DNA from: Cytophagaceae bacterium
GTDB lineage: Bacteria > Bacteroidota > Bacteroidia > Cytophagales > Spirosomataceae
Reading direction: 5' to 3'
Length of the DNA stretch: 57,330 nucleotides
NCBI GenBank assembly: GCA_947486835.1
Contig: CANKVC010000001.1
Location: forward strand, 1-57,330
The notes under the pieces were generated by a model. The model had not been told where the DNA came from and searched no databases. It saw nothing but the letters and a program-made list of their open reading frames with translations. Positions 10,403 to 21,696 of the stretch are shown here, one piece after another. The position numbers and the translations under genes were made by a program. How positions within the stretch are numbered: the stretch's first letter is position 1; each line of letters opens with the position of its first letter.

Positions 10403-11617
10403 ATGGAAATTCATAAAAGTAAACGATTAGATAATCTAAAGTATGAAATTAGAGGACCGGTCTATGAAAAAGCTTTAATTCTTCAGAATCAAGGTTACAA
10501 AATTACATCTTTAAATATTGGAAATCCTGCCACATTCGGATTTGAGACACCGGATGAAATTGTTCATGATATCATTGTAAATATACGAAATGCACAAGGA
10601 TATGTAGATTCTAGAGGATTATTTGCCGCTAGAAAAGCAGTGATGCAATATTATCAAAATGGAGGAGTAAAAAATATATTAATTGAAGACATATATATTG
10701 GAAATGGAGTCAGTGAATTAATTTCATTAGTCATGATGGCATTATTAAATACTGATGATGAAGTGTTAATTCCATCTCCAGATTATCCTCTTTGGACAAC
10801 TGTTGTTGGATTGGCTGGAGGAAATGCAGTACATTATGAATGTAGTGAAGAAGACGAGTGGAATCCAAATTTGGCTGACATTGAATCAAAAATAACTGCA
10901 AAAACTAGAGCCATCGTTTTAATTAATCCCAATAATCCAACGGGAGCAGTCTATTCTAAACAAATTGTTGACGGCATTGTTAAAATAGCTGAAAAGCATA
11001 AACTCATTTTATTTTCAGATGAAATTTATGATAAAATAATTTATGATGATTGCGTTCATCATTCCGCTTCCGGTTTAAGTGATGACATATTAATCGTGAC
11101 TATGGGTGGTTTGTCAAAAAACTATCGTGCGGCAGGATTCAGAGGAGGATGGATGATATTAACGGGAGCTAAGCATAAAGCCAAATCATATATTGAGGGA
11201 TTAAATTTCCTATTTAGCACTCGATTATGTGCCAATGTTATTACCCAATATGGAATCCAAACGGCTCTTGGCGGTTATCAATCTATCGATGATTTAGTTA
11301 ACCAACCCAATGGAAGATTATATCGACAAATGAATTTAGCTTATGAAAAATTAAATTCAATTCCGGGAGTAAGCTGTGTTAAACCTAAAGGAGCACTCTA
11401 TTTATTTCCGAAAATAGATTTAACACAATTCACATTTGAAGATGATAATCATTTTGTCATGTCATTGCTTGAAGAACAAAAAATTCTAGTAGTAGGAGGC
11501 CGAGGATTTAATTTCATCCCTAATAATCACTTTAGAATTGTTTTTTTACCTCATGTTGAGCAATTGACCATTGCATTAAACAAAATTGCTATTCATTTTG
11601 ATAATTATAGAAGATGA
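10403..11617 (+). CDS. alaA: PLP-dependent class I aminotransferase, AlaA family
   Basis: YEIRGP, LNIGNPA, GNGVSELI, INPNNPTGAVY, DEIYDK, GLSKNYRAAGFRGGW. Confidence 0.85.
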   Translation: MEIHKSKRLDNLKYEIRGPVYEKALILQNQGYKITSLNIGNPATFGFETPDEIVHDIIVNIRNAQGYVDSRGLFAARKAVMQYYQNGGVKNILIEDIYIGNGVSELISLVMMALLNTDDEVLIPSPDYPLWTTVVGLAGGNAVHYECSEEDEWNPNLADIESKITAKTRAIVLINPNNPTGAVYSKQIVDGIVKIAEKHKLILFSDEIYDKIIYDDCVHHSASGLSDDILIVTMGGLSKNYRAAGFRGGWMILTGAKHKAKSYIEGLNFLFSTRLCANVITQYGIQTALGGYQSIDDLVNQPNGRLYRQMNLAYEKLNSIPGVSCVKPKGALYLFPKIDLTQFTFEDDNHFVMSLLEEQKILVVGGRGFNFIPNNHFRIVFLPHVEQLTIALNKIAIHFDNYRR

Positions 11618-12345
11618 CATTTAGCCAATTTTCAAGAAAGCAAAAATTATTTATATTTCTATTCGGCATTTTCCTTACCAATGCAATCATTGCTGAAATT
11701 ATTGGAGTAAAAATAGTCAGCATTGAAAAAACATTGGGGTTTGAACCCTTACAGTTAATGACATTTTGGGGAGATAAGTGGGATTTAAATCAAACTGCTG
11801 GAGCTTTAAATTGGCCTTTAGTATTTATTACCTCAGATATAATCAATGATTATTACGGCAAATCTGGAGTGAAATTCATATCCTATACTACTGCATTTTT
11901 CATAGCATTTGCGTTTTTAATAATCTATACAGCTACTTTATTGGTACCGGCTGACTTTTGGATTGAGGTCAACAAAGGAATAAACATTAATGAAGCTTTT
12001 AGTCGAATATTTAGGCAGGGCTTAGGGATCATTACAGGGTCGCTAACAGCCTTTTTATTTAGTCAAATCATCGACGCAACTGTTTTTGAAAAAATCAAAA
12101 TGTCAACTGGCAATAAACATATTTGGTTAAGAGCTACAGGTTCAACATTAATATCCCAATTAATTGATAGTTTTTTAGTTATCGGAATTGCATTTTACGC
12201 TTTTGGGGACTGGAGTATAAGTCAATGGATGAATGTATCTTTAAACAATTATTTTTATAAATTTTTCATAGCCATACTTTTTACTCCCCTGCTTTACTTA
12301 GCACATTATTTTATCGAACAATACTTAAAAAAGGAAATAGATTAA
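11614..12345 (+). CDS. Queuosine precursor transporter (YhhQ/VUT family)
   Basis: Polytopic; FITSDIINDYYG, GSLTAFLFSQIID, WLRATGSTLISQLIDS. Confidence 0.9.
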   Translation: MTFSQFSRKQKLFIFLFGIFLTNAIIAEIIGVKIVSIEKTLGFEPLQLMTFWGDKWDLNQTAGALNWPLVFITSDIINDYYGKSGVKFISYTTAFFIAFAFLIIYTATLLVPADFWIEVNKGININEAFSRIFRQGLGIITGSLTAFLFSQIIDATVFEKIKMSTGNKHIWLRATGSTLISQLIDSFLVIGIAFYAFGDWSISQWMNVSLNNYFYKFFIAILFTPLLYLAHYFIEQYLKKEID

Positions 12346-13085
12346 TATTGCCTTTTAATGTTATCAAGAATAACACCGGCTGAAATGCCTACATTTAAGG
12401 ATTCAGCCTTTCCCCAACTAGGAATTTTAACCAAGTCCGTTAAAGCACCTTTAACTTGACTTCGTATACCTTCCGATTCATTTCCAAATACGATAAAACC
12501 ATTCGAAGGAAATTCATATTCGTGTACATTTTTACCATCCAAACTAGCTCCTATCATTGGAATCCCACTAAATTGATCTAAAAATTCAGGTAAATCTACA
12601 TACAAAAACTTAATGCGATGGAAAGAACCCATAGAAGCGGAAATAACCTTAGAGTTATAGTACTCTGTAGTATCCATCGAACAAACTAGTTGGTTTATTC
12701 CATACCAATCACAAATCCTAAGAATCGTACCCAAATTACCGGGATCGCGTATTCCATCAAGAACCACAGTGTAACCAAGAGTAAAAGAAAAGTCGTTTAG
12801 TGCGAATATTTTTGAATGTACAATCGCGAATCCATATTCATTCGTGGTTAAACTCGAATATTTAATCACATTACTTTCTGATTCATAATAAATAGGAGTC
12901 TCACCAAAATTCAAGTGAGATTGAATTTCTTTGCGATTCAAAACAATAAATTCGATCTTAAATGATGAATCTAATAATTCACGTATTCCCTTCTCCCCTT
13001 CTACTAAAAATAGATTATTATCAATTCTCCCTTTTTTTGAATGTAGGGAATTGATTAACTTTATTTGATTATTAGATAATGTCAT
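12342..13085 (-). CDS. TrmH/SpoU-family RNA 2'-O-methyltransferase
   Basis: FLVEGEK, DGIRDPGNLGTILR, FGNESEGI, AESLNV; start placed at ATG 13085 (MTLSNNQIK). Confidence 0.92.
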   Translation of the reverse strand: MTLSNNQIKLINSLHSKKGRIDNNLFLVEGEKGIRELLDSSFKIEFIVLNRKEIQSHLNFGETPIYYESESNVIKYSSLTTNEYGFAIVHSKIFALNDFSFTLGYTVVLDGIRDPGNLGTILRICDWYGINQLVCSMDTTEYYNSKVISASMGSFHRIKFLYVDLPEFLDQFSGIPMIGASLDGKNVHEYEFPSNGFIVFGNESEGIRSQVKGALTDLVKIPSWGKAESLNVGISAGVILDNIKRQY

Positions 13086-15377
13086 TTGAAAATTGCTCAA
13101 TTAATATTCTTACCGATTATCATATTCCTTGTAACATCTTGTGCTGGGTACAAAAATTACCGTATTCCTTACCCAACTGTCAATGAAATAAAATTACAAG
13201 GACATAAAAAAATTAAATTAGACGAAATAAAATCAAATATAGCGGGTTTAAAAGAAAGCAACCTAAATTATTTATCAGTAAAATACAGTTCTTACTTAAG
13301 AGACAAGAGAAAAACGAATGATTCTACAAAATCAATTAAAAAGTTTTTTAAATTCTTTAATCGAAATCCAGTAGCATTTAATCCCATAAATTTCGAAAAC
13401 AACCAATTAGCCTTATTGAAATTTTACCGCAATAAAGGCTTTTTAAAGACTCAAATAGCCTACTCAATTGATACGATAAGTTTAGAAAACAAATTGGTTA
13501 ACATTACTTATAAAATAACCGAAGGTCCTGAAAGTACGTTTACTAAAGAAGATTCCATTATTGCAAATAATACCGTAATTGAGAAAGAATTAAGGAACTA
13601 TATTAATCAGTATAGCATACTTCATAAATATTCGAATTTAGACCTAGAGTTATTAAAAAAAGAAAAAGAAAGCCTCTCGAATCACTTTAAAAACTTAGGT
13701 TACTTTAATTTCTCACCTGATTATGTGGGAATAAAAATCAATGACCTTAAAGACACAAGTTTAAAAAATATTAGTTTAATTTATCAAATCCCAAATAATA
13801 AATCCCTCGTAACCAATCTCGCTTACGATCGATTATTTAGATTTGGCCCAATTGATTTCAAAGAATACAATGTCATCAGTGAACAATCTGAATCAACGAT
13901 AAACCAAACTTCAAGAATAACGCCCCAATTGAAAAAATTAATTTCCATCCACGAGGGTGATTTATTTTCAATTGACAAAACGACACATAGCTTACAAAAT
14001 ATATACGAAACAGATCAATTTAAATCAGTGTCTATTCAATATGACACAAATTCTACCCGTCTATATCCGAAAATTGAATTAACCAAAAATGACAAATACA
14101 ATATTTCATCGGAATTAGGTGGAAGCGCATTTAGAGGAATCCCGGGACCATTCTTGTATAATTCATTAAAAATAAGAAGAGTATTTACTGAATTAGATTA
14201 TGTGGATTTTTCAGCACGATTAGGATTAGAAGCACAAGCAGGATTTATAAATACAGATCTAACTAGGAAAAATTTAGAGATTAATTTAGGAGCCACTGCT
14301 AATTTTCCTTCCTTATTTCTACCAGAAAAATTCACTAAAAAACTAGGTTATTTTTATGGGGCAAAAACGCAATTAGGTTTTGGATATGATTATATAGATC
14401 GACCAGAATACATAAGGACTAATTTCAAGATACTTCAAAGGTATCTATGGAAAAAAACACCTTTTGAATTTTTTCAATTATCATTATTTGATTTAAATAT
14501 TATCAATACAAATTATCCAAATACAGAAACCTCAAAATTATTCACTAATTATTTAGACGATTTAAGAATAAAAGGAAATAACTTATTTAGAAGCTTTAAC
14601 CCAAGTTTTGTTTCCAGTATCAATTTCCTCTATACTTACCGTACATTCTACCCTTCAAATCAATTAATAGAAGGTAAATCATTTATCATTGGCTTAGAAT
14701 CAGGGGGAACGACCCTAAATCTTTTTGGAGAAAAGAAATTAAAATTTGTAGAAGACTTTTTAGGAAACAAAGAAACAATGCAATTTTTTCGTTTTTTAAG
14801 AATGAATATAGATTACAGAAAGTATCTATTTTTAGGTCAGAAAAGAACATCTCAACTTGCATATAAATTTTTAGGTGGAATTGCATACGCATATGGAGCA
14901 GAAAATGATTTTCAATTGCCTTATGAGAAAAACTTTTTTATTGGCGGTCCTAGTTCACTAAGGGCATGGAAACCTAGAAGATTAGGTCCCGGATCACGTA
15001 ATACAGACTCCAATTTAATTGAACAACCCGGCAGTGTTTTAATTGAATCTTCCTTTGAGTATCGATTCAAAATTTTAAAATTCTTAGGTGATATAAATGG
15101 AGCTTATTTTATAGATGCAGGAAATATTTGGGGCATTAATGATGTAAATTCACCATTATCTAATTTTAAGTTAAACTCGTTTTTAGAACAAATAGCTATA
15201 GGAACGGGTGTGGGCTTACGTTGGGATTTTAACTATTTTATACTGAGATTAGATATGGCAGCGAAAGTTGTCAATCCAGCCAAACCCAAAAATGAAAAAT
15301 GGGTATTAAATCAAATTTCTTTAAATACCTCAGATAACCCAATTGAATTTAATATTGGAATTGGATATCCATTTTAA
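13086..15377 (+). CDS. Omp85/TamA-family outer-membrane lipoprotein (TamL-like)
   Basis: Lipobox LVTSC, POTRA-like YRNKGF and FKNLGYF, FFIGGPSSLRAW, IDAGNIW, C-terminal NIGIGYPF. Confidence 0.85.
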   Translation: MKIAQLIFLPIIIFLVTSCAGYKNYRIPYPTVNEIKLQGHKKIKLDEIKSNIAGLKESNLNYLSVKYSSYLRDKRKTNDSTKSIKKFFKFFNRNPVAFNPINFENNQLALLKFYRNKGFLKTQIAYSIDTISLENKLVNITYKITEGPESTFTKEDSIIANNTVIEKELRNYINQYSILHKYSNLDLELLKKEKESLSNHFKNLGYFNFSPDYVGIKINDLKDTSLKNISLIYQIPNNKSLVTNLAYDRLFRFGPIDFKEYNVISEQSESTINQTSRITPQLKKLISIHEGDLFSIDKTTHSLQNIYETDQFKSVSIQYDTNSTRLYPKIELTKNDKYNISSELGGSAFRGIPGPFLYNSLKIRRVFTELDYVDFSARLGLEAQAGFINTDLTRKNLEINLGATANFPSLFLPEKFTKKLGYFYGAKTQLGFGYDYIDRPEYIRTNFKILQRYLWKKTPFEFFQLSLFDLNIINTNYPNTETSKLFTNYLDDLRIKGNNLFRSFNPSFVSSINFLYTYRTFYPSNQLIEGKSFIIGLESGGTTLNLFGEKKLKFVEDFLGNKETMQFFRFLRMNIDYRKYLFLGQKRTSQLAYKFLGGIAYAYGAENDFQLPYEKNFFIGGPSSLRAWKPRRLGPGSRNTDSNLIEQPGSVLIESSFEYRFKILKFLGDINGAYFIDAGNIWGINDVNSPLSNFKLNSFLEQIAIGTGVGLRWDFNYFILRLDMAAKVVNPAKPKNEKWVLNQISLNTSDNPIEFNIGIGYPF

Positions 15378-15384
15378 CCACAAC

Positions 15385-16338
15385 TTACTTTCTTGATATA
15401 GCTTTCAAAGATTTTTCGACTATAGAAGCAGCATTTAAACCATATTTATCCATTAAATCAGCGGGTTTCCCAGATTCTCCAAAAGAATCATAGACACCCA
15501 CAAACTCCTGCGGCAATGGCATAGTAGTAGCTAAAAATTGGGCAATGGAATCACCTAAACCGCCATTAATTTGATGCTCTTCAGCAGAAACTAAACAATT
15601 GGTCTTTTTGACTGAATCTAAAATGGCTTGCGTGTCTAAAGGCTTAATCGTATGAATATTGATCACTTCTGCATGAATACCCTTTTCTTTTAAAATATCA
15701 GCAGCAAGGATAGATTCCCATACTAAATGACCAGTTGCAAAAATACTGACATCTGAACCTTCGATTAATTTAATGGCTTTTCCAATAACAAATTCTTGAT
15801 CCTCAGGAGTAAAAACAGGAACAACAGGTCTACCAAATCTTAAATAAACAGGACCATTATAATTGGCAACCGCTATCGTAGCGGCTTTAGTTTGATTGTA
15901 ATCACAAGGGTTAATCACCACCATACCTGGCAGCATTTTCATTAAACCGATATCTTCTAAAATTTGATGAGTGGCTCCATCCTCTCCTAAAGTTAATCCT
16001 GCATGAGAACAGGCTATTTTAACATTTTTACCAGAATAGGCAACTGATTGACGTATTTGGTCATAAACCCTTCCTGTACCAAAATTTGCAAAAGTAGTTG
16101 CAAAAGGAATATAACCACCAATAGATAAACCTGCTGCTATTCCAATCATATTAGCTTCCGCAATACCTGTTTGGAAAAAGCGCTCTGGACAATTTTTAAT
16201 AAAAGGCTCTAACTTAAGGGAACCGATTAAATCAGCACATAAAGCAACTACCTTAGGATTAGTAAGACTCAAAAATTCCATACCGGCACCAAAGCCGGAA
16301 CGAGTATCTTTTTTTGTTTCGTAAGTATATATCGACAT
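15385..16338 (-). CDS. Transketolase C-terminal (pyrimidine-binding) subunit
   Basis: GIAEANM, GEDGATHQ, GPVYLRFGR, TIKPLD, EEHQINGGLG. Confidence 0.93.
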   Translation of the reverse strand: MSIYTYETKKDTRSGFGAGMEFLSLTNPKVVALCADLIGSLKLEPFIKNCPERFFQTGIAEANMIGIAAGLSIGGYIPFATTFANFGTGRVYDQIRQSVAYSGKNVKIACSHAGLTLGEDGATHQILEDIGLMKMLPGMVVINPCDYNQTKAATIAVANYNGPVYLRFGRPVVPVFTPEDQEFVIGKAIKLIEGSDVSIFATGHLVWESILAADILKEKGIHAEVINIHTIKPLDTQAILDSVKKTNCLVSAEEHQINGGLGDSIAQFLATTMPLPQEFVGVYDSFGESGKPADLMDKYGLNAASIVEKSLKAISRK

Positions 16339-16349
16339 AATAACCTCTA

Positions 16350-17210
16350 TTAATAATCTCCTAAAGTTTCAGATAATTGATTTAATGCTTCCTCTAATTG
16401 TTGGTCATTGGGTGCCACACCATGCCATTTATGTGATCCCATCATGAAATCAACCCCAGCACCCATTTCAGTCTTCATTAAAATCATCATTGGAATATCA
16501 TTCCCTAACATTTGTTTTGCGTTTGCAAGGCATAATTGCAGACCAGCCATATCATTGCCATCTACATGTAAAACCTTCCAACCAAAAGCCTCGTATTTCA
16601 ATTGTAAATCACGATTATTCATGATTTTTTCTGTAGGCCCATCGATCTGCTGGCCATTAACATCGATAAAAGCGATCAAATTATCTACTTTATGATGAGG
16701 CGCATACATCGCCGCCTCCCATACTTGACCCTCATTCTGTTCCCCGTCACCCATGAGACAATAAACAACCGAAGAATCATGGTTAAGTTTTTTTGCTTGA
16801 GCCACGCCTATAGCGACACTTAATCCTTGGCCTAAGGAACCCGAAGCTATCCTAATGCCTTCTAAATGTTCGTGAGGTGTAGGGTGTCCTTGTAATCTTG
16901 AATTAATCTTCCGAAAAGTGGATAGCTCATCAATCGGAAAGTATCCTCTTCTTGCTAATACAGAATATAAAACAGGAGAAATGTGACCATTTGAAAGAAA
17001 AAACACATCTTCACCTAAGCCTGACATATTAAAGACAACTTGATCATTTGATGCATTTAATTTAAGGTTCATGGCTTCAAAATACAAACCAACCAATAAA
17101 TCTGTACAGCCTAATGAACCGCCTGGATGTCCAGATTGACAACCATGTACCATTCGTAAAATATCTCTTCTAACTTGAGATGCGATTGAAATTAATTCCT
17201 GTGTTTGCAT
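16350..17210 (-). CDS. Transketolase N-terminal (TPP-binding) subunit
   Basis: SGHPGGSLG, LQGHP, GSLGQG, GDGEQNEGQVWEA. Confidence 0.93.
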   Translation of the reverse strand: MQTQELISIASQVRRDILRMVHGCQSGHPGGSLGCTDLLVGLYFEAMNLKLNASNDQVVFNMSGLGEDVFFLSNGHISPVLYSVLARRGYFPIDELSTFRKINSRLQGHPTPHEHLEGIRIASGSLGQGLSVAIGVAQAKKLNHDSSVVYCLMGDGEQNEGQVWEAAMYAPHHKVDNLIAFIDVNGQQIDGPTEKIMNNRDLQLKYEAFGWKVLHVDGNDMAGLQLCLANAKQMLGNDIPMMILMKTEMGAGVDFMMGSHKWHGVAPNDQQLEEALNQLSETLGDY

Positions 17211-17216
17211 AATATA

Positions 17217-17663
17217 TTAGTGGATTTGTGAGGTATGATTCTTTGTATCCACTTTTTCTATAATATTTGAAATATATCCCTTTTCATCAATGATGAAGGT
17301 AGTTCTAGCAATACCCATATATGATTTACCATACATAGACTTCTCAACCCATACTCCATATGCATTCAGTATAAGATGTTCTGGATCTGACAACAATGAA
17401 AAATTTAAATTATATTTCTGTTTAAATTTGACATGAGCTTTATTTGAATCGGCACTTACACCAATAACTATAAAACCATTCGACTGTAGTTGAGATAAAT
17501 TTTCATTTAAATTACAAGCCTGGGCAGTACATCCAGGCGTATCATCTTTAGGGTAAAAGTATAAGACCACTTTCGATCCTTTTAAGGATGATAAATCTAT
17601 TAATTGACCATCAGAATCTTCCACTTTAAACAAAGGCGCTAAATCTCCAATTTGTAATTTCAT
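17217..17663 (-). CDS. bcp: Thioredoxin-dependent thiol peroxidase BCP
   Basis: YFYPKDDTPGCTAQAC. Confidence 0.95.
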   Translation of the reverse strand: MKLQIGDLAPLFKVEDSDGQLIDLSSLKGSKVVLYFYPKDDTPGCTAQACNLNENLSQLQSNGFIVIGVSADSNKAHVKFKQKYNLNFSLLSDPEHLILNAYGVWVEKSMYGKSYMGIARTTFIIDEKGYISNIIEKVDTKNHTSQIH

Positions 17664-18268
17664 AATATCGTTAAATCAAAAAGTTTTTCATTTTCTAAAA
17701 ATCCAGCTAATAAATCTCCTCTTTGAACAGGGCCTACACCCGCTGGAGTACCCGTAAAAATATAATCTCCCGTTTTCAAGGTGAAATATTTAGAAATATC
17801 TTCAATAAGCTCGAATACATTCCAAATCATCAAAGAAGAATTTCCAGATTGTACTAAATTCTCATTCAGATTTAAGTGAAAAGCTATGTTATTTTCCATC
17901 ATCGAAGACTGAAAAGGCAGCATTTTACTAACAAACGCTGATCCGTTAAATGCCTTAGATTTTTCCCAAGGCAACCCCTTTTCCTTCAATTTAGATTGTA
18001 AATCTCGAGCAGTAAAGTCAATTCCTAAACCGTACGAATCTATATACTTATGCGCAAACTTGGCTTCAATATTTTTTCCGACCTTGCCAATTTTAAAGAC
18101 CAATTCTAATTCATAATGAACATCATTAGAAAACGATGGGTAATAAAATTTGGAGTCTTCTAATAAAGCTGTGTCAGGCTTTAAGAAAATTACAGGATCA
18201 GTAGGCTTATCATTCGATAATTCTTTAATATGATCTACATAATTTCTACCTACACAAATAATTTTCAT
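17660..18268 (-). CDS. Fumarylacetoacetate hydrolase family protein
   Basis: CVGRNY, HYELEL, DFTARDLQ, TGTPAGVG. Confidence 0.92.
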   Translation of the reverse strand: MKIICVGRNYVDHIKELSNDKPTDPVIFLKPDTALLEDSKFYYPSFSNDVHYELELVFKIGKVGKNIEAKFAHKYIDSYGLGIDFTARDLQSKLKEKGLPWEKSKAFNGSAFVSKMLPFQSSMMENNIAFHLNLNENLVQSGNSSLMIWNVFELIEDISKYFTLKTGDYIFTGTPAGVGPVQRGDLLAGFLENEKLFDLTIL

Positions 18269-18271
18269 ACC

Positions 18272-19462
18272 CTACTTTAATATTTCAGAAACTAATTTTG
18301 CAGCGTCTTTAAGTAAAACAGCAGAGAAAACTTTTAGTCCAGAATTATTTATAATGGCAGCACCTTCTTCCGCATTTGTACCTTGTAAACGTACAATTAT
18401 AGGAACTTTGATTTCACCAATATTTTTATAAGCCTCAACAACACCATTGGCTACCCTGTCACAACGGACAATTCCACCAAAAATATTAATCAAAATTGCT
18501 TTCACATTAGGATCTTGAAGTATGATTCGAAAACCAGCTTCAACAGTCTTCGCATTAGCTCCACCCCCTACATCTAAAAAGTTAGCGGGTTCACCTCCAG
18601 ATAACTTGATTATGTCCATGGTTGCCATTGCTAAACCAGCTCCATTAACCATGCAACCAACATTGCCATCTAATTTGACATAATTTAAGTCATTCTCGGA
18701 TGCTTCCACTTCCAATGGATCCTCTTCTGAAACGTCGCGCAAAATAGCTAAATCTTTATGGCGATAAAGTGCATTATCATCTAAATTAACTTTAGCATCA
18801 ACAGCTAAAATTTTATTATCAGATGTCTTTAAAACAGGATTAATTTCAAACATAGATGAATCAGTATCTACATAGGCATTGTATAAACAATGAATAAATT
18901 TAACCATTTCTTTAAAAGCCTGACCGCTAAGACCTAATAAAAAGGCTACTTTCCTAGCTTGAAAATCTTGAAGACCGACTCTAGGGTCAATCCATTCTTT
19001 AATAATTTTCTCAGGTGAATGCTCAGCCACTTCTTCAATATCCATTCCACCTTCTGTACTTGCCATAATTACATTGCAAGCACGACCTCGATCTAAAAGT
19101 ATTGATAAGTAATATTCCTTTGTTTCTGATTCACCTGGATAATAAACATCCTCACTAATCAAAACTTTATTAACCAATTTCCCTTCTGGGCCAGTTTGAT
19201 GCGTAATTAACTGCATTCCCAAAATCTGAGAAACTCGTTCTTTTAATTCATCTAAGTTTTTGGCTAATTTAACTCCTCCCCCTTTACCTCTACCGCCTGC
19301 ATGAATTTGGGCTTTTACGACAAACCAACCTGTTCCTGTTTGTGCTTTAAGCTTTTCAGCAGCTGCCACGGCGTCGGATACTTGATCAACAACAACCCCT
19401 TCTTGAATCTTTACCCCGTAACCCTTTAATATTTCTTTTGCTTGGTATTCGTGAATATTCAT
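18272..19462 (-). CDS. sucC: Succinyl-CoA ligase beta subunit
   Basis: MNIHEYQAK, KAQIHAGGRGKGGG, NGAGLAMATMD, NFLDVGGG, NIFGGIVRCD. Confidence 0.98.
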   Translation of the reverse strand: MNIHEYQAKEILKGYGVKIQEGVVVDQVSDAVAAAEKLKAQTGTGWFVVKAQIHAGGRGKGGGVKLAKNLDELKERVSQILGMQLITHQTGPEGKLVNKVLISEDVYYPGESETKEYYLSILLDRGRACNVIMASTEGGMDIEEVAEHSPEKIIKEWIDPRVGLQDFQARKVAFLLGLSGQAFKEMVKFIHCLYNAYVDTDSSMFEINPVLKTSDNKILAVDAKVNLDDNALYRHKDLAILRDVSEEDPLEVEASENDLNYVKLDGNVGCMVNGAGLAMATMDIIKLSGGEPANFLDVGGGANAKTVEAGFRIILQDPNVKAILINIFGGIVRCDRVANGVVEAYKNIGEIKVPIIVRLQGTNAEEGAAIINNSGLKVFSAVLLKDAAKLVSEILK

Positions 19463-19559
19463 TTAGTATAAAATTTTTATTTCGTGAAATTACTATTTAT
19501 TTGCCAAACTTTTAAATTGTAGAACATTCTATTCAATATTCTAAAAATAAGTCAAAAAA

Positions 19560-20213
19560 ATGTTGGAATTAAAAAATATTTCAAAATCCTACGGAGAACA
19601 ATTGATCTTAAATGATATTTCATTTCAGGTAAATGAAAAAGAATTAGTATCCATTTTAGGTCCCTCAGGATCAGGAAAAAGTACTTTATTACAAATTATC
19701 GGATTGCTAAATCCTGCAGATTCCGGTAGTATACTTTTAGATAATGTAGAGTGTACAAACCTAAATGAAAAAGAATTAATTGCATTCAGAAATAAAAAAC
19801 TTGGTTTTGTATTTCAATTTCATAACCTATTAGGAGAGTTCACCTGCGAGGAGAATATTAAAATGCCACTTTTAATTAGAGAGAAAACATTAATTGAAGC
19901 TCAATTAGAGTTGTTTGACAAAATAATTAATAAACTTTCAATAAGTGATTTAATAAAGAAATACCCGAATCAATTGTCAGGTGGAGAACAACAAAGAGTA
20001 GCTGTGGCTCGAGCATTAATCAATCAACCTAAAATATTGTTAGCCGATGAACCCACGGGCAATTTGGATAATAAAAATGCAGTGAATCTGTATGAATTAT
20101 TTTTAGAGTTAAAAGAAGATTGGAAGCAGTGCATCATTATGGTCACACACAATGAAAATCTTACGAAACAATCTGATCAAATAATTTATTTAAATTCTGA
20201 AAAGCGAATTTAG
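19560..20213 (+). CDS. lolD: LolD-like ABC transporter ATP-binding protein
   Basis: GPSGSGKST, GFVFQFHNLL, LSGGEQQRVAVARAL, ADEPTGNLD, VTH. Confidence 0.75.
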   Translation: MLELKNISKSYGEQLILNDISFQVNEKELVSILGPSGSGKSTLLQIIGLLNPADSGSILLDNVECTNLNEKELIAFRNKKLGFVFQFHNLLGEFTCEENIKMPLLIREKTLIEAQLELFDKIINKLSISDLIKKYPNQLSGGEQQRVAVARALINQPKILLADEPTGNLDNKNAVNLYELFLELKEDWKQCIIMVTHNENLTKQSDQIIYLNSEKRI

Positions 20214-20220
20214 TTTTATC

Positions 20221-20241
20221 TGCCAAAATGTCATAAATTTG
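20221..20241 (+). promoter_or_regulatory. miaB-operon promoter with abutting palindromic box
   Basis: TGCCA-AAA-TGTCA (20221-20233) directly followed by the -7 box TAAATTTG (20234-20241). Confidence 0.55.
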
Positions 20242-20262
20242 CAGAAATATGGCCCTTGATTG

Positions 20263-21696
20263 ATGCAAGAATTAAAAGTATTATCTGTTGAAGAGAAATT
20301 AAATTTAGATATTCCTAGAATTTCAAAGGAAGTTTTGGGTGCAGAATTTCAAAAAAAAGTGTACCTAGAAAGTTACGGTTGTCAGATGAATTTTGCTGAT
20401 TCCGAAGTAGTGACATCGATATTGATTAATCATGGTTACGGCACTACTTCCAATATCAACGAGGCAGATGCCATTTTATTAAACACTTGCGCCATTCGAG
20501 ATAATGCCGAATTGAAAATCAGAAATAGGTTAAAGGGTTTTACTGAACTGAAAAAGAAAAATCCATCATTAACCATTGGAATATTGGGTTGCATGGCCGA
20601 AAGATTAAAGATTAAATTAATCGAAGAAGAAAAGCTAGTAGATCTAGTCGCAGGTCCAGATTCATATCGAGATATTCCAAATTTACTGTCAAAATTAGAG
20701 TTTGAGGAAAAAGCAATCAATGTCTTCTTGTCAAAAGAAGAAACGTATGGGGATATTGAACCCGTAAGATTGCATTCAAATGGCGTAACGGCATTTGTTA
20801 GCATCATGCGTGGTTGCGATAATATGTGTTCATTTTGTGTCGTTCCTTTTACTCGTGGGAGAGAAAGATCTAGAGATACAGCTTCAATCTTGCATGAATG
20901 TAACACACTTTTTAATCAAGGTTACAGAGAAGTAACTTTATTGGGTCAAAATGTAGACTCTTATAAATATACATCAGAAGAAAATTCTGAAGTCATAAAT
21001 TTTGCAAGCCTTTTAGAACAAGTTGCTTTATTAAATCCATTATTAAGAGTTAGATTCTCCACATCACACCCAAAAGATATTACTGATGAAGTTCTATTTG
21101 TGATGTCGAGATATTCAAACATTTGCAAAAACATACATTTACCAGCACAAAGCGGAAGCAATCGGATATTAAAATTAATGAATCGAACCTATACCAGAGA
21201 ATGGTATTTGGACAGGATAAATTCAATACGTACGATACTAGGGCCTGATTGTGGCATATCACACGATATGATTGCTGGATTTTGTACAGAAAACGAAGCG
21301 GATCATCAGGATACTTTAAGTTTAATGGATGATGTTGTTTATGATTTTGGCTACATGTTTACCTATTCAGAAAGACCTGGAACACCCGCTGAAAAAAAAT
21401 TTAAGGATGACATTGAGGAATCTATTAAACAAAGAAGATTAGCTGAAATTATTGCCAAACAGCGATTACACTCAGGAATTAAAAACAACTTATTGGTTGG
21501 AACCATTCAACGTGTTTTAGTCGAAGGTGACTCCAAAAAATCAGATGCACATCATTATGGAAAATGTGATTCGGGAAAAGTAGTTGTATTTAAAAAAGTA
21601 AAAGAACAAAAAGGGGAATATGTCCATGTAAGAATTACACATTGCACAACAGGAACTTTAATTGGAGAACTAGAATCATTACAAGATGGAAAATAG
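20263..21696 (+). CDS. miaB: tRNA-i6A37 methylthiotransferase
   Basis: SYGCQMN, NTCAIR, GCMAER, radical-SAM CDNMCSFC, C-terminal TRAM domain. Confidence 0.96.
   Translation: MQELKVLSVEEKLNLDIPRISKEVLGAEFQKKVYLESYGCQMNFADSEVVTSILINHGYGTTSNINEADAILLNTCAIRDNAELKIRNRLKGFTELKKKNPSLTIGILGCMAERLKIKLIEEEKLVDLVAGPDSYRDIPNLLSKLEFEEKAINVFLSKEETYGDIEPVRLHSNGVTAFVSIMRGCDNMCSFCVVPFTRGRERSRDTASILHECNTLFNQGYREVTLLGQNVDSYKYTSEENSEVINFASLLEQVALLNPLLRVRFSTSHPKDITDEVLFVMSRYSNICKNIHLPAQSGSNRILKLMNRTYTREWYLDRINSIRTILGPDCGISHDMIAGFCTENEADHQDTLSLMDDVVYDFGYMFTYSERPGTPAEKKFKDDIEESIKQRRLAEIIAKQRLHSGIKNNLLVGTIQRVLVEGDSKKSDAHHYGKCDSGKVVVFKKVKEQKGEYVHVRITHCTTGTLIGELESLQDGK

Noticed and set aside
15385-17210. Split transketolase as a broken gene
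   Set aside because: Two-subunit transketolases are common, and both genes have proper starts, stops and intact motifs.
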